Positions 57,358-64,000 of a stretch of 64,000 nt of DNA are shown piece by piece. Below the pieces are notes generated by a model. It made no database searches. It had not been told where the DNA came from and was given only the letters and a program-made list of their open reading frames with translations. Position numbers and translations under genes: made by a program. The stretch's first letter is position 1. Every line of letters starts with the position of its first letter. Origin of the DNA: Tagaea sp. (GTDB lineage Bacteria; Pseudomonadota; Alphaproteobacteria; CACIAM-22H2); contig CBDIIB010000002.1 in assembly GCA_965279525.1 (NCBI GenBank), positions 96,001 through 160,000 of the forward strand, in the 5' to 3' direction.

Positions 57358-58383
57358 ATGGCTGACGGCCGCAAGAACATCACGCTCGCCCTGCAGGGCG
57401 GTGGGGCGCATGGCGCCTTCACGTGGGGCGTGCTCGACCGGCTGCTCGAGGACGACCGCCTCGTCATCGAGGGCATTTCGGGCACCTCGGCCGGCGCAAT
57501 GAACGGTGCCGTCGTCGTCGCCGGCATGGCGGCGGGCGGACCGGACGCGGCGCGCACACTCCTGGCGCGCTTCTGGGAGCACATCGCCGAGTCCGGCCGG
57601 TTCTCGATCTTCCAGCCGTCGATCTTCGACCGGATGATGGGCAGCTCCGCCAATCTCGATTTCTCTCCGCTCTATCAGGGCTTCGACCTGATGACGCGCA
57701 TGCTGTCGCCTTACCAGCTCAACCCGAGCGGCGACAATCCGTTGCGCAAGACGCTGAACGAGATGATCGATTTCGAGAAGGTGCGCGAGGGCGAGGGCGT
57801 GAAGCTCTTCATCTCGACCACCAACGTGCGCACCGGCAAGATCCGCGTCTTCCGCAACCACGAACTCACGGCCGACGTGCTGCTCGCGTCGGCCTGCCTG
57901 CCGCAGCTGTTCCAGGCCGTCGAGGTGGACGGCGAGCACTACTGGGACGGCGGGTTCATGGGCAATCCGGCGATGTTCCCGCTGATCTACAACTGCCGCG
58001 CCTCGGACATCCTGCTGATCGAGATCAACCCGATCCGCATCGAGGAGCTTCCGACGACCGCGCGCGGCATCGCCGACCGCATGAACTCGATCAGCTTCAA
58101 CGCGACGATGATGCGCGAGATGCGCACGATCGCCTTCGTGACGCGCCTGCTCGACCGGCACCGCCTGACCGGGCGTTCGGGCCTGCGGCGCATGTTCTTC
58201 CACATGGTCCAGGCCGAAGAGGAGATGGCCGCGTTCGGCGTGTCGTCCAAGTACAATCTCGACTGGGACTTCCTCCAGACACTGCGCAAGCTCGGCCGCG
58301 AAAAGGCCGACCAGTGGCTGAAGGTGAACTTCGACACGATCGGGCAGGACTCCTCCGTCGACCTCGAGAAACTGTTCTTCTGA
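57358..58383 (+). CDS. Patatin-like phospholipase/esterase
   Basis: LQGGGAHGAF, GTSAG nucleophile, WDGG. Confidence 0.9.
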   Translation: MADGRKNITLALQGGGAHGAFTWGVLDRLLEDDRLVIEGISGTSAGAMNGAVVVAGMAAGGPDAARTLLARFWEHIAESGRFSIFQPSIFDRMMGSSANLDFSPLYQGFDLMTRMLSPYQLNPSGDNPLRKTLNEMIDFEKVREGEGVKLFISTTNVRTGKIRVFRNHELTADVLLASACLPQLFQAVEVDGEHYWDGGFMGNPAMFPLIYNCRASDILLIEINPIRIEELPTTARGIADRMNSISFNATMMREMRTIAFVTRLLDRHRLTGRSGLRRMFFHMVQAEEEMAAFGVSSKYNLDWDFLQTLRKLGREKADQWLKVNFDTIGQDSSVDLEKLFF

Positions 58384-58823
58384 TGATCCACACCGACCGC
58401 ACCGTCGTCCCCCATGCCGTCAGCGAGCAGAGCCTCGCCACGCTCGAGCCGTCGGCGACGGTCGTCGAGGCGGCGCGCATGATGGCGTACCTGCGCATCG
58501 GCGCGCTGATGGTCGTCGAGGACGGCAGGCTCGTCGGGATCTTTTCCGAACGCGATGCGCTGACGCGCGTCGTGGCCAAGGAGAAGGATCCGGCCACCAC
58601 GCTGGTATCCGAGGTGATGACGCCGGACCCGATCACGATCGCGCCCGAAACGACGGTCCAGCGCGCGCTCGACATCATGGCCGAAAAGGGCTTCCGCCAC
58701 CTGCCGGTGGTCGAGGAAGACCGCATCGTGGCCATCGTGTCGATCCGCGACCTTTACCGGTCCGTGAAGGACCAGATGGAAACCGATATCCTGCTGCTCG
58801 CCGAAACGCTGCTGCAGGGCTGA
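58383..58823 (+). CDS. CBS-domain pair protein
   Basis: LVGIFSERD, VSEVMTPDP, FRHLPVV, VSIRDL; TGATG coupling. Confidence 0.9.
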   Translation: MIHTDRTVVPHAVSEQSLATLEPSATVVEAARMMAYLRIGALMVVEDGRLVGIFSERDALTRVVAKEKDPATTLVSEVMTPDPITIAPETTVQRALDIMAEKGFRHLPVVEEDRIVAIVSIRDLYRSVKDQMETDILLLAETLLQG

Positions 58824-58843
58824 AAATCGACCGGAGAACACGG

Positions 58844-60259
58844 ATGTCCGACAATCCCGACTACGATTTCGACCTGCTGGTGATGGGTTCGGGCCCCGCC
58901 GGCCAGCGCGCCGCGATCCAGGCAGCCAAGCTCGGCAAGCGCGTCGCGGTGATCGAGCACAAGGCCGTCGTCGGCGGTGCGTGCACCAATACCGGCACGA
59001 TCCCGTCCAAGACGCTGCGCGAAGCGGTGATGCACCTGTCGGGCTTCCGAGAGCGCAACGTCTACGGCGCTTCGTACCAGGTGAAGCAGAACATCACGAT
59101 GGAGGACCTGCTGTTCCGCGCTTCCGCGGTCATCCAGGCCGAGCTCGATGTCGTTCGGCACCAGATGCAGCGAAACGGCGTCGAGCTGATCGTCGCCGAA
59201 GCGCGGTTCACCGGCCCGGAGACCGTCGAGCTCGTCGGGATCGACGGGCGCGGCCGGCGTGAAGTGCGCGCACGCCGCATCATCATCGCGACAGGTACCG
59301 TGGCGACCCGTTCGAAGAGCATCCCGTTCGACGGCCAGAACATCATCATCAGCGACGACATCCTCGGTCTGGCGAAGATGCCGAAATCCATCTGCGTCAT
59401 CGGTGCCGGCGTCATCGGCTGCGAATACGCGACGATGTTCTCGACGCTCGGCGTACGCGTGACGGTCGTCGACAAGCGTGAGCGATTGCTCGATTTCGTC
59501 GACCACGAGATCATCGACACGCTTGTCTACCAGATGCGCAAGAACCGCGTGACGCTGCGTTTGGGCGAGGAAGTCGAAGGACTGGAATATACCGAGAATG
59601 CCGAAACGGGTGCCCGCGTCCACGTCAAGCTCAAGTCCGGCAAGCAGATCCATACCGAAAAGGCGCTCTATTCGATCGGGCGGACGGGCGCCACGGGGAT
59701 GCTCAACCTCGAAGCCGCGGGGCTCAAGGCCGATGATCGCGGGCGAATAACGGTCGACGAACAGTACCGCACGTCGGTTCCCCACATTTTCGCCGCCGGC
59801 GACGTGATCGGCTTTCCCTCGCTTGCATCCACCTCGATGGAGCAGGGACGCGTCGCCTCGTGCCACGCCTTCGGCATCGAGGCCAAGGCGGTCCCGGAGC
59901 TGTTCCCCTACGGCATCTACACGATCCCGGAGATATCGACCTGCGGCAAGTCCGAGGAGGAACTGACCCAGGCCGGCGTTCCCTACGAGGTCGGCAAGGC
60001 GCGCTATCAGGAGATCGCGCGCGGGGCCATCATCGGCGACAAGACAGGTCTGCTGAAGCTGCTGTTCCACGTCGACACGCGCCAGCTCCTCGGCATTCAC
60101 ATCATCGGGGAGGGGGCGACCGAGCTCATCCATATCGGCCAGGCCGTGCTCGCCTTCGAAGGCACGGTCGATTATTTCGTCCGGACGGTCTTCAATTACC
60201 CGACCCTCGCCGAATGCTACAAAACGGCCGCTTTCGACGGGATCAACCGGCTGTCCTAG
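58844..60259 (+). CDS. sthA: Soluble pyridine nucleotide transhydrogenase
   Basis: GSGPAG, GGACTNTGTIPSKTLRE (CxxxxT rather than CxxxxC), GAGVIGCEYA, FNYPTLAECYK.AA.DG.NRL. Confidence 0.92.
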   Translation: MSDNPDYDFDLLVMGSGPAGQRAAIQAAKLGKRVAVIEHKAVVGGACTNTGTIPSKTLREAVMHLSGFRERNVYGASYQVKQNITMEDLLFRASAVIQAELDVVRHQMQRNGVELIVAEARFTGPETVELVGIDGRGRREVRARRIIIATGTVATRSKSIPFDGQNIIISDDILGLAKMPKSICVIGAGVIGCEYATMFSTLGVRVTVVDKRERLLDFVDHEIIDTLVYQMRKNRVTLRLGEEVEGLEYTENAETGARVHVKLKSGKQIHTEKALYSIGRTGATGMLNLEAAGLKADDRGRITVDEQYRTSVPHIFAAGDVIGFPSLASTSMEQGRVASCHAFGIEAKAVPELFPYGIYTIPEISTCGKSEEELTQAGVPYEVGKARYQEIARGAIIGDKTGLLKLLFHVDTRQLLGIHIIGEGATELIHIGQAVLAFEGTVDYFVRTVFNYPTLAECYKTAAFDGINRLS

Positions 60260-60287
60260 GCCCCGGTCGGGCGAGCGGCGCCCCTCG

Positions 60288-60316
60288 TTGCGAAGGGCCG
60301 GGCGGCGGCCTATAAC
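60288..60316 (+). promoter_or_regulatory. Putative sigma70 promoter of xseB-ispA-dxs-tlyA
   Basis: TTGCGA-N17-TATAAC, ending 33 bp upstream of the xseB ATG. Confidence 0.6.
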
Positions 60317-60349
60317 TCGGGTCGAACAGCCCTTGCGAGCCATCCGCCC

Positions 60350-60601
60350 ATGCCCAGCGCCCCATCGACCCATGCCGACATCGCCAAGCTCTCGTTCGAG
60401 GACGCCCTCAAGGAACTCGAGGAGATCGTCCGCACGCTCGAGCAGGGCAAGGGCAAGCTCGACGAATCCGTGACCGCCTACGAGCGCGGGGCGGCCCTCA
60501 AGAAGCACTGCGAGGCCAAACTGGCCGAGGCTGCGAGCCGCATCGAGCGCATCCAGATCGCCGGCGGCGAGGCTCGCACGGCACCGTTCGACGCGACCTG
60601 A
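60350..60601 (+). CDS. xseB: Exodeoxyribonuclease VII small subunit
   Basis: LSFEDALKELEEIVRTLE.G...LDES..AYERG..L..HC..KL. Confidence 0.95.
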   Translation: MPSAPSTHADIAKLSFEDALKELEEIVRTLEQGKGKLDESVTAYERGAALKKHCEAKLAEAASRIERIQIAGGEARTAPFDAT

Positions 60602-60626
60602 CAATCCGTCCGAGGCCCGTATCGCC

Positions 60627-61517
60627 ATGAACGAACCGATCGAGGCTGCGCTTTCGGCCAACGCCGCGCGCATCGAAGATGCACTCGACGCACTCCTGCC
60701 CAAGGGCGAAGGCTACGAGGCGAACCTGCACGAAGCGATGCGCTACGCGTGCCTGGGCGGCGGCAAGCGCATGCGCCCGTTCCTGGTGATGGAAACGTCC
60801 GGCCTTTTCGGCGTCGACGAAGCCTGCGCGCTGCGCGTGGCATGCGCGGTCGAACTCGTGCACTGCTATTCGCTGGTCCATGACGACCTGCCGGCGATGG
60901 ACGACGACGACATGCGCCGCGGCCGGCTCACCGTCCACAAGGCCTTCGACGAGGCGACCGCGGTCCTGGCCGGCGACGCGCTCCTGACGCGGGCCTTCGA
61001 GGTGTTGTCCCAGCCGCTGACACACGGTGATGCCGGCGTGCGCTCCGACCTGGTGCTCGCTTTGGCTCTGGCGTCGGGTTCGGAAGGGATGTGCGGCGGT
61101 CAGATGATGGATCTCGCGGCCGAGGGCCAGAAGCTCGATATCGGCGCCATCACGCGTCTCCAGCGCCTGAAAACCGGTGCGCTGATCGGTTTTGCCGCAC
61201 AGGCCGGCGCCATCCTCGGCAAGGCGCCTGTCCACATGCGCCATACGCTGGTCGCCTTCGCGCACGATCTGGGGCTCGCCTTCCAGATCGCCGACGACCT
61301 GATCGATGTCGAGGGAAACGCTTCGGCCGCCGGCAAGGCGACCGGCAAGGACGAGGCGCGCGGCAAGGCGACGTTCGTGTCGATTCTCGGCGTCGAGCGC
61401 GCACGCGGTCAGGCGCAGCTGCTTGCCGACCAGGCCGCGCGCCATCTCGACCTGTTCGATTCCAAGGCAGACAGGCTTCGCGCATTGACGCGCTGGGCCG
61501 TGCGGCGACAGAGCTGA
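60627..61517 (+). CDS. ispA: Farnesyl/geranylgeranyl diphosphate synthase
   Basis: [46 protein letters not shown]. Confidence 0.95.
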   Translation: MNEPIEAALSANAARIEDALDALLPKGEGYEANLHEAMRYACLGGGKRMRPFLVMETSGLFGVDEACALRVACAVELVHCYSLVHDDLPAMDDDDMRRGRLTVHKAFDEATAVLAGDALLTRAFEVLSQPLTHGDAGVRSDLVLALALASGSEGMCGGQMMDLAAEGQKLDIGAITRLQRLKTGALIGFAAQAGAILGKAPVHMRHTLVAFAHDLGLAFQIADDLIDVEGNASAAGKATGKDEARGKATFVSILGVERARGQAQLLADQAARHLDLFDSKADRLRALTRWAVRRQS

Positions 61518-61525
61518 TCCGCGCG

Positions 61526-63484
61526 ATGGCGGATCTCGGCCACAATTCGGGCGCCACGCCGCATCTCGACCGGGCGGCGGATCTCGAAGTCCTGCGGCGC
61601 ATGGGACCGGCTGACCTGAAGCGGGTGGCCGACGAGCTGCGACGCGAGACCATCGCGGCCGTATCCGATACGGGCGGGCATCTGGGTGCCGGGCTCGGAG
61701 TCGTCGAACTCACCGTGGCGCTGCACCACGTCTTCCAGACGCCACGCGACCGGCTGATCTGGGATGTCGGGCACCAGGCCTATCCGCACAAGATCCTGAC
61801 CGGACGGCGCGAGCGGATCCGCACGCTGCGCCAAGGCGGCGGCCTGTCGGGCTTCACGCGGCGTAGCGAAAGCGAATTCGACCCGTTCGGGGCGGCACAC
61901 TCGTCTACGTCGATCTCGGCGGCGCTCGGCATGGCGGTGGCGCGCGATCTCGCCGGCGACCGGCGGCACGCCATCGCGGTGATCGGCGACGGCTCGATGT
62001 CGGCCGGCATGGCCTACGAGGCGATGAACAACGCCGGCGCCACGCGCACGCGCTTGATCGTCATCCTCAACGACAACGACATGTCGATCGCCCCGCCGAC
62101 AGGGGCGATGAGCGCCTATCTTTCGCGCCTGATCTCGTCCAAGCCGTATCTGGGTCTGCGCAGCCTAGCGCGCGAAGTGGCGAGCCATCTGCCGCGCCCG
62201 TTCTTCGAAGCTGCCGAACGGGCCGAGGAGTTCGCGCGCGGGATCGTGTCCGGCGGCACGCTGTTCGAGGAGCTGGGCTTCTATTACGTCGGCCCGATCG
62301 ATGGCCACAATCTCGACCATCTGCTGCCCGTCCTGCGCAACGTACGCGACTCGCGCGACGACCGGCCGGTCCTGATCCATGTCGTCACGCAGAAGGGGCG
62401 CGGCCACCCGTTCGGCGCCGAGGCCGCCGACCGCTACCATGCGGTCAACACGTTCGACCTCATGGTCAACCCGTCGGGGGCGTTGCAGGCCAAGCCCCGC
62501 AGCGCCAAGGCCGCCGCACCCAGCTACACCAAGGTCTTCGCCGATGCGCTGATCGCCGAAGCCGAAGCCGATCCGAAGATCGTCGCCGTGACGGCCGCGA
62601 TGCCCACGGGAACGGGCCTCGACGCGTTCGCTAGGCGCTTCCCGAAGCGCTGTTTCGACGTGGGCATTGCCGAGCAGCACGCGGTCACGTTCGCGGCCGG
62701 CATGGCGGCCGAGGGCCTGAAGCCGTTCTGCGCGATCTATTCGACGTTCCTGCAGCGCGGCTACGACCAGGTCGTGCACGACGTGATGCTGCAGAAGCTG
62801 CCGGTGCGCTTCGCGATCGACCGGGCCGGGCTCGTGGGCGCCGACGGCGCAACGCATGCCGGTGCCTACGATCTGGCTTTTCTCGGCTGCCTGCCCGACA
62901 TGGTGATCATGGCGGCGGCAGACGAGGCGGAACTTGCCCACATGGTCGCGACGGCCGCCGCCCATGATTCCGGCCCGTCGGCCTTCCGTTATCCGCGCGG
63001 CGAAGGCGTGGGTGTGGCGCTGCCCGCACGCGGCACGCCGCTCGAAATCGGCAAGGGCCGGATCGTGCGCGAAGGCACGGCCGTGGCACTGGTCAGTCTC
63101 GGCACGCGCCTTGCGGAATGCCGAAAGGCGGCCGACGAGCTGGCGCTGCGTGGCCTTTCGACGACGATCGCCGACATGCGCTTCCTGAAGCCACTCGACG
63201 CCGATCTGCTGCTCCGGCTGGCGCGCGAACACGAAGTGCTGGTCACGGTCGAGGAAGGCTCGATCGGCGGGTTCGGCTCGCACGTGCTGCATGTGCTGGC
63301 ACATTCGGGCCTTCTCGATCGCGGGCTCAAGATCCGCCCGCTGGTGCTGCCCGACCGGCCGATCGAACACGATACGCAGACGCGCCAGTACGCCGACGCA
63401 GGCCTCGATGCCGCCGCGATCGTCGCTGCGGCGCTCGGCGCGCTGGGCCGTGCGGACGAAGCCAGCCGGCCGGCTTCCGCTTGA
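61526..63484 (+). CDS. dxs: 1-deoxy-D-xylulose-5-phosphate synthase
   Basis: [62 protein letters not shown]. Confidence 0.97.
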   Translation: MADLGHNSGATPHLDRAADLEVLRRMGPADLKRVADELRRETIAAVSDTGGHLGAGLGVVELTVALHHVFQTPRDRLIWDVGHQAYPHKILTGRRERIRTLRQGGGLSGFTRRSESEFDPFGAAHSSTSISAALGMAVARDLAGDRRHAIAVIGDGSMSAGMAYEAMNNAGATRTRLIVILNDNDMSIAPPTGAMSAYLSRLISSKPYLGLRSLAREVASHLPRPFFEAAERAEEFARGIVSGGTLFEELGFYYVGPIDGHNLDHLLPVLRNVRDSRDDRPVLIHVVTQKGRGHPFGAEAADRYHAVNTFDLMVNPSGALQAKPRSAKAAAPSYTKVFADALIAEAEADPKIVAVTAAMPTGTGLDAFARRFPKRCFDVGIAEQHAVTFAAGMAAEGLKPFCAIYSTFLQRGYDQVVHDVMLQKLPVRFAIDRAGLVGADGATHAGAYDLAFLGCLPDMVIMAAADEAELAHMVATAAAHDSGPSAFRYPRGEGVGVALPARGTPLEIGKGRIVREGTAVALVSLGTRLAECRKAADELALRGLSTTIADMRFLKPLDADLLLRLAREHEVLVTVEEGSIGGFGSHVLHVLAHSGLLDRGLKIRPLVLPDRPIEHDTQTRQYADAGLDAAAIVAAALGALGRADEASRPASA

Positions 63485-64000
63485 GCCGCAAGCGGCTCGA
63501 CCAGCTGCTCGTCGAACGCGGTCTTGCCGAAAGCCGGGCCAAGGCACAGGCCCTCGTCATCGCCGGGCTCGTCTATGCGGGCGAGAAGCGTCTCGACAAG
63601 CCGGGCACGGCCATTCCGGAGGAAACGCCGATCGAGGTGCGCGGCCAGCCGCATCCGTGGGTGAGCCGCGGCGGCGTCAAGCTCGCGCACGGTCTCGACC
63701 GCTTCGGGCTTGACCCTGCCAGTGCCGTCGCCATCGACGTGGGATCCTCGACCGGCGGCTTCACCGACGTCCTGCTGTCGCGCGGTGCGGCGAAGGTCTA
63801 TTCGGTCGATGTCGGGCACGGCCAGCTGGCGTGGAAGCTGCGCAACGATCCGCGCGTCGTCGTGCTCGAACGCACCAACGCGCGCCACCTGACGGCGACG
63901 GAGATCCCCGAGCCGGCCGACATGGTGGTGTGCGACGCAAGCTTCATCGGCCTCGAGACCGTGCTGCCGGCCGCACTCGGGCTGGCGAAACCGGGGGCGG
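63481..64000 (+). CDS. tlyA: TlyA-family rRNA 2'-O-methyltransferase (partial, runs off window end)
   Basis: Manual translation from TTG at 63481: [19 protein letters not shown] (S4 domain), [32 protein letters not shown]. Confidence 0.93.
   Translation, partial: MSRKRLDQLLVERGLAESRAKAQALVIAGLVYAGEKRLDKPGTAIPEETPIEVRGQPHPWVSRGGVKLAHGLDRFGLDPASAVAIDVGSSTGGFTDVLLSRGAAKVYSVDVGHGQLAWKLRNDPRVVVLERTNARHLTATEIPEPADMVVCDASFIGLETVLPAALGLAKPGA

Noticed and set aside
58844-60259. Dihydrolipoamide dehydrogenase or glutathione reductase
   Set aside because: The redox-active CxxxxC is replaced by CxxxxT and the C-terminal HPT by YPT, which is diagnostic of SthA.
63481-64000. Haemolysin virulence factor
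   Set aside because: TlyA in the xseB-ispA-dxs-tlyA context is an ordinary rRNA methyltransferase homologue.
1-64000. CRISPR arrays, IS elements, integrases, prophage, tRNA or rRNA genes, defence systems
   Set aside because: No repeat-spacer periodicity, transposase or integrase motifs, or tRNA/rRNA signatures were seen; nearly all the sequence is accounted for by coding genes.

Overview
High-GC bacterial chromosomal window whose gene content and synteny (ffs-dnaX-ybaB-recR, DUF2842, DUF3572, xseB-ispA-dxs-tlyA) suggest an alphaproteobacterium, possibly Rhodospirillales-like (inference). Housekeeping genes sit at both ends, and three accessory loci lie between them. (1) A YahG/YahF/YahE (AllG/AllF/AllH-like) module at about 8-16 kb, next to a nitroreductase, an orphan molybdo-hydroxylase large subunit and psuG. 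(2) A convergent two-operon cluster of unknown product at about 16.5-25.5 kb: GT2, a sulfatase/LTA-synthase-like membrane protein, a CDP-alcohol phosphotransferase-FkbM fusion, a methyltransferase, GT4, a non-canonical PTPS/QueD homologue, a Zn-dehydrogenase and a RibD-reductase. (3) A nine-gene non-canonical Pel exopolysaccharide operon at 30.4-44.3 kb with split PelA, apparently split PelB, no recognisable PelC, a PelD lacking its c-di-GMP-binding GGDEF domain, and a PelX-like epimerase. I saw no tRNA, rRNA, CRISPR array, transposase or integrase. All calls come from motif recognition by eye; no database searches were run.
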